A stretch of DNA of 61,466 nt, the filler included, from Basidiobolus ranarum (lineage: Eukaryota), in NCBI GenBank assembly GCA_040143965.1. It is 22 parts of 22 records of this genome, joined end to end, with 100 filler letters (N's around TTAATTAATTAA, not from the genome) between each part and the next. Parts side by side here need not be neighbours in the genome. Positions count along the whole stretch, not along the records: positions 47,622 to 50,312 come from JASJQH010009941.1; positions 50,413 to 53,102 come from JASJQH010009942.1; positions 53,203 to 55,892 come from JASJQH010009943.1; positions 55,993 to 58,679 come from JASJQH010009944.1; positions 58,780 to 61,466 come from JASJQH010009945.1; 17 more parts are not named here. One strand, given 5' to 3'. The translations under genes and the position numbers were made by a program. Below are positions 49,875-61,466 of this stretch, one piece after another (position 1 is the stretch's first letter; every line of letters starts with the position of its first letter). Under the pieces are notes generated by a model. That model made no database searches. It saw nothing but the letters and a program-made list of their open reading frames with translations, and was not told where the DNA came from.

Positions 49875-50183
49875 AAGTATTTTTGCTATGCCTATCGGTT
49901 CAAATCCAAAATTCCATTTCATAAATAAACTGTTGTTAAGCCAATCATTTATGGCAGAGAAAAATCTACGGAGCCACACATTCCTAAATTGGTATAATTT
50001 ATTCGAAAATGCCTATATTAAAATCTGTTCAAAAGGATGGTTTTTAATAAAAATGCCTATATTAACTGCGGTAGATAATGATGGTTTTTAATGAACATCT
50101 CGACTGAATTAATGGTGACTAAATGTTTTATTATGTGTTAAGGAAGTGACAGGTGTGTATACATTGAAATTGAGAATATAGTA

Positions 50184-50312
50184 TTAGAATGCAAAATCTC
50201 CCCGGAACGCTGCCATGGCTCTTTGGTCACAAGCTGCAATAAGATCGGGACGTGCGATCCAATCCATAGTCATTCTCAGAGTGTCCCAAATATTATCAGA
50301 CATCATTGAATT
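50184..50312 (-). CDS. C-terminus of an unidentified protein (partial)
   Basis: Open frame from the contig end, ..IWDTLRMTMDWIARPDLIAACDQRAMAAFRGDFAF*, convergent with the M6PR gene and with CpG retained. Confidence 0.35.
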   Translation of the reverse strand, partial: NSMMSDNIWDTLRMTMDWIARPDLIAACDQRAMAAFRGDFAF

Positions 50313-50412
50313 NNNNNNNNNNNNNNNNNNNNNNNNNNNNNNNNNNNNNNNNNNNNTTAATTAATTAANNNNNNNNNNNNNNNNNNNNNNNNNNNNNNNN
50401 NNNNNNNNNNNN

Positions 50413-51860
50413 TTGATCAGTAGTAGGTACTCCAATGCATTCCATTTCATCCACTAAAAGAGTGACTCTATTAATAAGTGATTTAATGTCTTTTCCTGGC
50501 TTCCCCTTTATGTTAAAAAATTGTCTTCTTAGAAGCATCTTGGTGGCAGCAGAACTTGTTTAGTAGGTGTCTTCTAAGGCTTTCCATATATTCTTGGTAG
50601 TCTGAGCTCTTGAACATTGAATCCACAATTTGTGTTTAACATTAAGACAAATTGTGTTAAAGGTACTTTGTTCTTTTTTAACCTGGAGTAAAGCTTTGGT
50701 TTCAGAGAGTTTTGCATCATTTTCTTCTCCTACAACTGTGTCCCAAAGTCCTTTTTCTTGCAGCAGCATTTTCATTTTCAGTTTCCAAACTTGATGTTTG
50801 GTTCCATCCAATTTTTCAGAAGAGGCAAAAGTTCCACAAGTTTGAGAAGTAGATATCAAGAGAGTTCAATCTTGGGGCTCATAGCATGTTAAAGTATTTT
50901 GGAGCCTGTGAGAAGAGGTTTGGGGAATTAGAGGAATTGGTGGTTTCTTACTTATTGACTTATTGAGTAGAATGTTGACATTTATAGTTTTGTCCAGATG
51001 TAGACAAACTAACATATAAAATGCTGTAAGGAAGGTCCCAGGAACATGTGTGCAAAGTTTGGGTCTTCTAGCACAAGTTTGAAAAAACCTATATATCTGG
51101 GAACTTGTAAGTTGATAAAAACATTCCAAGTAAATTCAAATTGAGAATAATGAATAATAGCTTAATGATTTATGAGACAACTAAGTACTATGCTATATAT
51201 GACTATACAGGTGCTTAGGCAATGAAAATCTTAACAATCACAACTAAAGTTGACTGAGATGTTGAACAATGATGAATTATTCAGCCAAATTGTCTTCATA
51301 TAAACATCTTGTCAGCTGTAGAATATAATTGGTAGGTGTTTTCTAAGGCTTACCATACCATCTTGGCAGTTTTTGCACTCAAACATTGAGTTAGCTACTA
51401 GTCTTTGACATTAAGACGTATTTTATTAAAGGCACTTTGTTCTTACTCAAACTAGAGTTAAACTTTGGTTTCAGCTAGCTTTGCATTGTTTTCTTCTCCT
51501 AAAACAGTGTCCCAAAGTCCTTGTTCTTGCAACAGTATTTTCATTTGATAATTAGTTCCAACCAATGTGTTAGAAGAAGGAAAGTTCCTGATATTTAAGA
51601 AGTACACCTTATGGAGAGTACAAACCTGGGGTCAGTATCCATCTAAACAATTATTGAAGGCTATTGGCAGTGTCTTTAGAATTAAAGAATTTGGTGGTTG
51701 CCACTTTTGATTGATTGAGTCAAAAGTTGATATTTTTAATTTTGTCATATTGTAAGCAAACCAATATGTAGGATCTGTTAAAGAAGATGCCAGGAAAATG
51801 TGTGCCAAGTTTGGGGCTTCTAGCACAAGTTTGAAAAATCCGTATATCTGAGAACCTTTG
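50413..51860 (-). mobile_element. Two Copia family C 5' ends: LTR 50886..51236 with PBS and gag; second gag with partial LTR ~51240..51860
   Basis: EKLDGTKHQVWKLKMKMLLQEKGLWDTVVGEE, with its second half duplicated at 51490-51550; LTR shared with 45496..45843. Confidence 0.82.
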
Positions 51861-52884
51861 AAGCACAGCACATAAATCAACATGTTGAACATCTCAGTGA
51901 GTGGCTTTAACCTCAATCAAAGCCTTGATACTGCTTGTGTTTTTCCTTGCATATTGCTTATTTTCTCTGTAAAATACTCATGGTGATGTAGTTACCATTA
52001 ACACTATGAAAGCAAGAATAAGCAAAGTGAACATGGTTTTTGGTGACTTCGTGATTACTGGCCTTTGCTTCTTTGGCCATTGCTTGTGAGTAATGCTTTC
52101 TCTGGCAAAAGTTATATTAGGCTTCATGACATCTATTCACTTTGCATAAAGCTTTCACCCTCTCTCTCATTTCCAGTGGTAAAGATTTAATGGTTTTTGA
52201 ATTCAAGATTGTCTTTTTTCATATCATGGATATTGCTGGCTATAGCTCAGAGCTGAGTTAATAGATGCACTTCTATGTTGCTTTCTCAGAGCCTTCTGCT
52301 TAATCTGAACAGGTAGTTATGTTCAAGGCCAAAAGCCAGTTAGGATCAAGCCTACAGTGTCATGTGACCTTGGAGAACTGCCAATCTGATACATATATTT
52401 GTGACTCTGGTGTAAATATTTTCTGGTTTGTTATTATGTTTTTCTTGTTTGCTTATATTATTGCTTGCACTAATTATAATCCTAGCATTCTTTTACATAA
52501 GTTTAGTTGTAACATGTTAAACTGAGGTGGCAATAGCAGTGCAGGCATAATTACCTGTTCCATAGTGGCACTGTGTACATGATTTATTTCCATTTATATA
52601 CCCAACCATGTTGTATTAAGAATAATAAAAGATATTCAAGCCTTTTCCTGGGACAGATATGCAATAATTATGTTTGTCAGTATATCATGTATTTTGACAA
52701 GTATGCTTCCATATTGCAAATATATATACAGTTTATAACTTTGCTGGGATGAAACTTATTTTTTTCTTATTGCTTGCTAGGCTGGTATAGAGCTAACACA
52801 CTGGTGAAGACATTAGCCTGGATAGCTGTTCCTTGTGCAGTCTCTAAGTAGGCTATCATGAATTTGTGATGTGCTAGCGGATTT

Positions 52885-53102
52885 TGATTCTTCACATTGT
52901 TGAAGTATTTTGCGAGTATGTAGAAGTGTTTTGGAGAACTAGAAGAATTGATGGTCTTAACTTACTGTTTGATCGAGTAGAAAGTTTACATTTTTTGTTT
53001 TGTCATACTGTAAACAAATAGACATGTATAATGTGTTAAGGAAGGTGCTAGGAACCTGTGTGCAAAGTTTAGGGCTTCTTGGAAAAGTCTAAATATGTGA
53101 GA
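52885..53102 (-). repeat. Partial Copia family C LTR
   Basis: Matches 50870-51090. Confidence 0.7.
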
Positions 53103-53202
53103 NNNNNNNNNNNNNNNNNNNNNNNNNNNNNNNNNNNNNNNNNNNNTTAATTAATTAANNNNNNNNNNNNNNNNNNNNNNNNNNNNNNNNNNNNNNNNNN
53201 NN

Positions 53203-53682
53203 TGGTAAATTGATTCATGCTTCATCATTACTTGAGTTAGTTTCTGGCATGTTAATGCCTTCCAAAGTGGATAGTGGATTGCTAGACTGCTCATCAATTA
53301 AGTCCTCTGTTCTTGCTGGTTTTTTTCCTTTTGTACCAGCAGGCTTTGGCTTAGAAGCCAATTTCGGACTTAGATTTTGAACCCTTTTTGAATGGCATTG
53401 AAATTTTCAGATGATAAACTTGGTTTAATGAAATTTCTTAGAAATAGCTTATAATAAACCAAAATTGCCATCCATTAGGATGGCATAGCAGATATGATGT
53501 CCTAATATATCAATAAAAGAATTCCATTCACAGTGGATGAGTATGCCTAGTTCAGAATCATGACAGTATCCTCTCTTTTAGCGATGGCTTCCAGATACCA
53601 TAGGCCAGACTTTTGGGTGGGCTTCATGAAGCTCCTGGCATAGTTCTTCAGAGTTGGAAAGAATTTTTTACTGGTTCCCAAT
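53203..53682. mobile_element. CACTA fragment (53203..53475) followed by chromovirus A LTR piece, PPT and chromodomain end (53476..53682, minus strand)
   Basis: 53203-53475 is the reverse complement of 60605-60875. TGACA at 53561-53565, PPT AAAAGAGAGGATAC, WEPVKN chromodomain end as at 43750-43860. Confidence 0.75.
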
Positions 53683-55892
53683 TCCTAACAAAAAAAAATT
53701 GATTTGATCTGGTTTGGATCCACCCTCTGAAATAGCAAAACCAACAGAGAACCATCACAATATTGCTGGCTTGCAATCTGCCAGGGATTTTGATGGTGTT
53801 ACGGCAGTTTCTTGATGCTATCTTAATGGTATTCATACATGTTAAAATATTGATCCTCAAATTTGGTATGCATTATTCAATATCCAGCAATTTTTGCAAA
53901 AGTATAATTTTTGAATGGCAAATTACTAGGTTTACTGCTGTAGGAATTCTAATTAATATACAAGCCTTTATTTGGATATTTTAGGCTTTGTATTCCAGCC
54001 ATAATGAGAATCAAAAAATACAAGAATCTTGTTGTGTTTAGTCTCTACATATGCACATATTTGACTGATTAGACATAACTCAACAATATCAATATGCTTT
54101 ACCAGCAAATTAACGATGGCAAAATGGCTAAACATCTGAAATTTTGAATAGCACTGACACTTGGCAAATAGCTGACTGCTGTAACTGTTCACAATGAGAA
54201 TATGCTCTTAGATTTTGGCAAATTTCCATAATGAATTCAGCCAATGCATCCTCAAATTGCAGTCAACAAATGTCCTGCCACAAGTAGATATGTCATTGCT
54301 TGAATAGATTATCACATGGCTAAAATGATAATACTGCATATCTCCATCTATCTCACCAAGAAGTCTGTCTTGCAGCTTTCCTAAAAATAACATCAGATTA
54401 TCACACAAGCATATTAGTCCAAATATAAAGATACTTACTCTGTGTCCATGGCTTGGGCTTTGTTGTTTTAATTTTGCTCGAACAATGCAAAAACCTGTGA
54501 GCACATTGAAAAGAGCCGTTTGTTGGCAGGTTAATATACTCTGGAGTCTCCTTAACCCATCACATTACATCCATCACTGATTTTCCTGATACATTATTAA
54601 TCAGATTAGCATAGGGTATTACTGACAAATTCACATGGAACATCATTTCACCACAGGTGTGCTCCATTGGGAACTCCCAGAATGTATAGTAAGGGCGCAT
54701 AATCTCTAATCATTGCGGAAGATGCAGCAGGGAATGTATTGAAAAATGGCTAACATTCAGTCTATCTACTTTAAAACTGTAATAAAGTTTTTCATATCCA
54801 ATTACAAAATCTTTGCAAAAGTTGCTGTGTTTGCCTGAGATCTGCCAATGTGAGTTGATGCTATAGGAATATATTAAAAATGTTCACAAACAGCTCCCAA
54901 TGTAGCCATTACTTATCAGGCAGAAATCTTTTCAAAATTGCACTTAAATATATACAAATTCAATACTTCCAGTCTTTGCATTTGAATAAATGCCTAGATG
55001 AGTGGATATTGATGGGAGTCCTGTTAAAATACAATGACATCTTGATGTTTCAAGCATTTTTCCAATTGATTCAAACTTTGTTCCTATCTCAAATGGCTCA
55101 TTCATATTGAATTTTCCACTTTATAGCTGAGTAAGTAGTATCAGAATGTTGTTGAATAGTAAGTGCAGGGTGCCTAATGGGAAGCTCTGGCTCCAGCTGA
55201 TCCCCTTTAGCAATATAATCTTAAGCTTACAGCTAATACCAAGTTTGATGTTAGACTGACTTTTTGGTGAATGGATATCAGTGATCATGTTGAAATCTGA
55301 CCAGGCTCTTGATGGTAAAATCATGAAGTTTAGTGTTGTATTTGGATAGTAGTAATGCATATGCCTGTTTGAGTAAACTCCATTGATTTGACAAAATCAA
55401 CAGCAAGATAGTGCATTGTGCCTGCAAAAACCTCAAAGTTTACTGATGGCAGGAGTGTCACCAATATATACAACAATATTAGCTTTAACAAAATATTCAC
55501 CCATCTGAACCCCATTAGATAACCATTCAAATTCCACAATCAAAGGCTCCCAGAAGCTATCTATAAGCACTGGTGATTTAGGTCCAGATATAATGGATAG
55601 TATCAAAATATTATGAGTCTTATACCATTCAGAAGGAGGAAGATTTAAGTTGATCAAATGTATTGGCCAGCATGCCTTTCCAATGGTATATTTGTTTAGT
55701 GAGAAACCTTCCAGAGCCAATGCAAATGCATGATCATACATGTTCTCAAAGAAACCTTGACTTTTCAGATTCTGATAGTGATATCCATCAAGTATATTGG
55801 TAATACCATCAGCTTTATGATGAGTACTTTGGTATTGGATCAATGATCTATATTTGGGTGATTGCATCAAAACTTTAAGATGGGGAATTAAC
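53683..55892 (-). mobile_element. CACTA/EnSpm transposon 3' half: Tnp2 core, DUF4218-like region, terminus at 53683
   Basis: ILDG..CWPIHLINLNLPP..ILSIISGPKSP..DSF..PL..GDTPAISKL, then YTFWEFPMEHTCG..PYANL, running to ..TGTTAGGA. Confidence 0.85.
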
Positions 55893-56912
55893 NNNNNNNN
55901 NNNNNNNNNNNNNNNNNNNNNNNNNNNNNNNNNNNNTTAATTAATTAANNNNNNNNNNNNNNNNNNNNNNNNNNNNNNNNNNNNNNNNNNNNTTAAGAGA
56001 ATAATACCGGTTTCATAGCCAATATTCGTTCAAGTCATTTTATTGGGTGACTTGATTTTTCTGATCAGCGAGAGAATGCTACTTTCAAATACGGCCGCAA
56101 GTAGGCTTATTTTAGGAAATTTTTATCTTTTATGCTTGTTAAGTGCATTTCCTATTTCAACTCTAATGCTGATTCAACAAATGTACATCAAGATTAATTG
56201 GCTAAGCAACCTTTTTTAAGTTACCGAGTGTTATCCCAATTTCTGGAATGATTAGGTTATTTTAGATTCATCAGTTCGATGAATCCTGATTTGTTCAGTG
56301 AAATAGATCCGGATTGCTTCTCCTACTTCCTCTGTATTTTATTGGATGTTTTCTTTTTCAATCCGGTAACGTAGATACAAAAACTTGATGATCATTGCAG
56401 CTAAGAGTAGAGTGACAATCAACAATATTCATTATGTGAATCTTGCGATTGATGTGAATTTTATCGCTTGACTGTATGTTTCTTGATTTAATCTCGATTT
56501 TTATTTTGAATGCAATAATAATCACACGAAGTTACACTTGAGGGGGCCTAGCTTGGTTATTGTAAGTTTGGTGGGAAGAATAACTAATATTTCCACAAGT
56601 TACAGCATACTCCATTGGTTAGTTAGGGGCTACCTTAGGATGTATATATCTGAGCATGTAATGGAATGGTGATCCGCGGACTGCTATGGTGAAGACGGGT
56701 TTTGACTCTAGAAGAAACGGATAGGCCCCACGGCATACGAACCGCGAGAGTATTCTTTGGTCACAGTTTATACTAGGAGTCACACTGAATAAGTTCAATA
56801 GACATGTTTTTTTCTCGATTAAATGGTAACGAAAGCATATAAAATGTCCACGTTGTGCTCGTTAATAAACATCTTCACAGGATTCCAGCCACCCTCTGCC
56901 TTACCGATTAAG

Positions 56913-57381
56913 ATATTCAAATCAATCATTACTCTCTCCCTCTGCCTTTTCTCTGCTCAAGTTGTGCTTAGTGCTCAATTCGGGATACGCCGACCTTCAT
57001 AAGAAATCCTCCTTGATCAAGCGTGATTATAGTGGAGATGGTACTTACTTCACTCCTGATAGAGATGCTTGCACCAAGCGAGGTGATACCTCTAGTGAGA
57101 ATGATATGATTGCTTCCCTCAGTAAATATCAATTTGGTCAAGATACTGATGAGGCAGCTATGTGCGGCAAGTGCGTGAAGGTGACAGGCCCCAAAGGCTC
57201 AGTTGTTGTTCTCATCCGTGATTTATGTGGCTCCTGTCGTGGTGGCGATATCGATCTGACACCCGCAGCATTCAAAAAGATAGCCAACCTTAAGGATGGT
57301 AGAGTTAAGGTTACCTGGAAGCAAGTTAGTTGCTGGATAAACATATATGGAATGTATGAATGTCATTCCAGAACAATTTGA
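56913..57381 (+). pseudogene. RlpA-like DPBB (loosenin/expansin-like) secreted protein, apparently disabled
   Basis: SGDGTYF, CGKCVKVTGPKGSVVV.IRD.C..C..GDIDLTPAAF..IA..DGRVKVTW. The signal-peptide frame starts ATA at 56913 and is out of frame with the domain. Confidence 0.75.
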
Positions 57382-58649
57382 TTGAATTTTTCAATAAGTT
57401 CAGCTTTTGATCAATTAAATGGATTACAACTTAATCTTTCAATCGCTTAATCCATTGGTTACTAGAAGATTGAATTTTCCAAGAATATCGATTGAATGCA
57501 AATCAATTGATCTTCGTCCCATTAATCACTTTGGGGGGTGCAATCGCTACATTTAGGTTCAATCAGCAATCAAATAGTGTCTATCTAAATCTCATTTGAT
57601 GTATGACAATGGTTGTTACGTTATACAGATTTGGTTATTTTATCGTGTCGCTTTGTGTCGCTTCTTATACAGTTCCCGGTCTTCTCTTAATCATTACAAT
57701 ATTCAACTATGTCCTGGTCACTACTCAAATTGTACAAATCTTGAATACGAAAGTCCTTTGAGGTATAAGCAGTCTGGTTCGACATCACTCTTACCATTTA
57801 TGTTGCTGGTCATACTGGAGCGATGACAAATCGTTGAAATCTACTGAAGAACTGATTCATAGCAATCACAGTATATCATCTTTTATTTACCCCATTCAGA
57901 ACAGCAAAGGCTGGAATCAGTGCTGTTATATTTCCCTTATACAGAGTAGGATGAGTGGAGACACTAGCAGGTTAACTCTTTTGATTCTTAGATATGGCCA
58001 TCGTGGATTGTAGAGGTGGATGATGGTCAAAGTCTCACATAATCCAGGCCCGACAAAGCAAGATTATTCATATCTAAATAGAATAAGCTATTACAAATGG
58101 TTTGGTTGGCGGTGATTCTAGAGTTGGTGATAGTTGTGGTGTCCGTGATTCGCAATATAACCTGACAACTAAATGATCGGAGTAGTAATGAGTCCCCAAT
58201 GATTCGAGAGCATGCTATCCATTCCAAATTCGTTGGGGTTGAGTACAAAGAGGCTTGTGCAAGCGAAACAAAGATATCGATGATGGGAATGTTAACTGAG
58301 CGACGGTTCGCAGCAAGAGACTTCGCCTGCTACCATACTTGGATGAATACCAATGAAGAGATGTTGGAGCCATTTTTCAGCGATGTGATGAGTAGACTAT
58401 ATATGGTAGTGGCATCTATATTGGATATATTCATGGTCAAAGAAAGAAAGAATGGAAGTGAAGTTGGATATATATAGAAAGAAGCAATATTTCTGACAAA
58501 AACGGAATGTGGGTTTCGTGGAATCTAAAATGCTCAGGGAACTGAGAGTGTGTGCAAATTGCTATAAAATTAAGCTACGGAACTGAAGATTAGAGTACAG
58601 CAAACAGGATATTTGCATCTACTACAACCACCACACCGCACCGCACACC

Positions 58650-58679
58650 ATGTTCAAATCAATCGCTACTCTTTCTCTT
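58650..58679 (+). CDS. Start of a tandem paralog of the DPBB gene (partial)
   Basis: MFKSIATLSL versus (I)FKSIITLSL at 56913; TATAAAAT at ~58563. Confidence 0.6.
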
Positions 58680-58779
58680 NNNNNNNNNNNNNNNNNNNNN
58701 NNNNNNNNNNNNNNNNNNNNNNNTTAATTAATTAANNNNNNNNNNNNNNNNNNNNNNNNNNNNNNNNNNNNNNNNNNNN

Positions 58780-61466
58780 ACATACCACATAAGTAAAATA
58801 AACTGTTTCAAAAATGGTAAATAACATCGTGCCGGATAGTGCCCAATCATGCCAATTTGTGCTGGCACACTTTTTAGCTGGCCTGATCTGGCTCAATAAT
58901 ATGGAACAAGTCTAGTATTACCATATGCTTATCTGATGAACAATATATCAGCAAAATCACTGATGGTGGTAATGCAATGGGTACAGGAGACTGCAGAGTA
59001 TGTTAACCTACTAACAAAGGGCTCTTTTCCATGCACTCATGGGTTCTTGCATTGTTTGAGCACAATAACAGCAACAAAGTGCAATTGATGGACACAGAGT
59101 AAGTACCTCTATGATTTGGACCAATTTGTTTGTGTGATTATCTGACAATATTATAAGGAGATCTGCAAGACAGACTTCTTGGTGAGAAAATTGAGATATG
59201 AGGTATTATTGTTTTAGCATAGGGTAATCTATTCAAGCAATGACACATCTACTTGTGGCAGCATATTTATTGATGCAAGTTGGCTGATATACTGGCTGAA
59301 TTCTTTATGGAAACTTGCCAAAATCCAAGAGCTTATTGTCATTGTGAGCAATAAGTCAGCTATTTGCCAAGTGTTAGTGCTATTTGAAATTTCAGATGTT
59401 TAGCAATTTTCCACAATTAGTTTGCTGCTAAAACATATTGAGATTGTTGAGTTATGTCTGATCATTCAAGTATGTGCATATATAGAGACTAAACACAATA
59501 AGATTCATGTATTTTTTGATTCTCATTATGGCTGGAATACAAAGCCTTAAATATCTAAATAAAGGTGTGCATATAAATCTGAATTCCTACAAAAGTAAAT
59601 CCAGAAATTTGCCATTCAAAAATTATATTTTTGCAAAAATTGCTGGAAATTAAATGACACTTGCAAATATGAGGATCAATACTTTGACATGCTTGAATAA
59701 CATTAAAATACCATCAAGAAGCCACCATCACACCATCAAAATCCCAGGCAGAATGCAAGCCACCACTATTGGGACAGTTCTCTGATGGAATTGGAATTCT
59801 TAAGGGTATATCCAATCCAGATCAAGTCTATTTTATTTTTGTGAAGATACAAGTCATTCAATTGTCAAGTGTTTTTGACTTGTACAAGGTTTGTAGCAAG
59901 CAACGGTTGCCAATGAACTGTGGTAAAAGTATAATAGGACCAATAAACACATGGTTGCTAAGATTGGATTGAACTCTCCACTTCTCAGTAATCAAAGCTG
60001 CTTTCTTTGCTGCAAGTGTTGTGATTGGACCAATGCTTGCTAATAACAAAGAATCTGTAACAAGGATGTTGTCTTCCTCTTCAACTTCTGATATACTATA
60101 TTCTGTACTGGAAGAGCAGAGGTCAACAGCATGCATCAAGTCCTCAAAGTTGTCTGGACTTACTGGTTCAACCAAAGTTGCATTTCTATCTACATCATTC
60201 TGGCCATATAATAGTGGTAACTCCATACTATCTTGACTTTTTGAAGTGTTGCCAAAACTTTGCGGCGAAGTACAGCCAGTGGACCTAGTTGGCAAAGCTA
60301 AAATAAATTTTGTGCACTTATTACCTTTGGTATTCACCAGGCTTTGTGCAGCTGGTGGCTTTGTACAGTGCCCATGCTTGTGACTATTCTTTCTATCAGG
60401 GCTCTGGCTTTCAGAGCACAAGAATTTGTGACAATAATAGCCAGACTGCCTTCAACATTTGTGTTGTGCATGACCAGGAAGTTGTACAAAATGAACACCA
60501 CCTATGTGAGGGGGTATTTAGGTATATCCTATCAGTATCATCAGCTGATTCTGAGACTGTGCCAAAGATGAGTCATCAGGGAATACACAAGATATTTCTG
60601 GTAATTGATGGCAATGTTTGTTTATTATAAACTGTTTCTAAGAAATTTTATTACACCAAGTTTACCATCTGAAAACTTTAATGGCATTAAAAATATTCAA
60701 AATTTGAATCAAAAATGGCTTCCAAACCAAAGCCTGCTGGCACAAAAGGAAAAAAAACTGGCAAAAACAAAGGACTTAATTGGTGTGCAGTCTAGTAATC
60801 CACTATCCACTTTGGAAGGCACTAACATGCTAGAAACTAACTCAAGTTTTAATGAAGCATGGATCAATATAATAGATGTGTTCTGCTTCCACAATATTGC
60901 AAGTGAAGATGTTTTAATTCCCCAATTACATAGTAAATCCGTAGTAAAGCAAAGTACAACAGAAACACCATCAAGACAATCATGTTCCAAAATGGCTACT
61001 TTGCCTACAATTGAACAACCTGCAAAGAAAATTTGGATAGAATTAATGCAACAAGGGAATTGCAGGCAAAACACCACAATGATTTGAGTGTAAACATAAG
61101 CAAAAACTACAAAGTTCCTGTACAGGCCATGATAAGCAATAAAGCTGCAACATGGCAACTAATGTGGTGTTTGGGAGCAACTAGTTGACAGTTAGGGAGT
61201 TACTCAACAATGATGCAAGATCTGCAGCATGCTGTACTTGAGCTACAGCAACATGCTTTTCCCACTGTCCATTCTCATATGGGATTTTAATCAATCCCAC
61301 ACTATACATATGAACATCACCATGACAATCTAGCAGAGCAGAATATGTGTTGGACCATCAAGCCTACGCAATGTCCCTAAATTGTTTGGGCACATGAAAG
61401 TAGAAATCTCATATGAAAACCAGCAACCCAAATGACCCTGAATGTCAGAGCTTCCATCACTTGCGA
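58780..61466. mobile_element. Two CACTA/EnSpm pieces: 3' end on + (to ~59847), 5' arm and transposase N-terminus on - (59848..61466)
   Basis: 58920-59847 is the reverse complement of 53683-54620. ORF 59858..60421 is homologous to 20297..20824. Confidence 0.78.

Noticed and set aside
2711-58779. TTAATTAATTAA motif recurring every ~2.8 kb, resembling a periodic array
   Set aside because: Always centred in exactly 100 nt of N-padded spacer, so it is a concatenation linker. ORFs ending in X..LIN are artefacts of it.

Overview
This is not contiguous DNA. It is 22 unrelated contigs of about 2.7 kb, decreasing from 2710 to 2687 bp, joined by identical 100-nt spacers (N44-TTAATTAATTAA-N44), so gene order across spacers is meaningless. 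The sequence is eukaryotic, with short GT-AG introns and fungal-type proteins, and probably comes from an early-diverging, repeat-rich fungus (inference). About half the contigs carry host genes: UAP1, AP-3 beta, MMM1, a purine permease tail, RPL15, myosin V, a TBRG1/FYR protein, makorin, mitochondrial uL13, two fasciclins, a P450, a long metallothionein, a PUF2/JSN1-like protein, an M6P-receptor-like protein, a DPBB/loosenin-like gene and a tandem secreted protein. The rest are nested, CpG-depleted transposon relics: a CACTA/EnSpm family with CCC termini, two Copia families and two Ty3/Gypsy families. The most notable observations are a Fanzor (eukaryotic TnpB-like) relic, a chromovirus with a Tf1-type self-priming signature plus an extra LTR palindrome, copy-to-copy evidence of CpG-targeted repeat mutation, a modular repeat metallothionein, and tandem secreted precursors ending in an acidic-then-Arg-rich peptide. 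All family assignments come from motif recognition by eye, not database searches.
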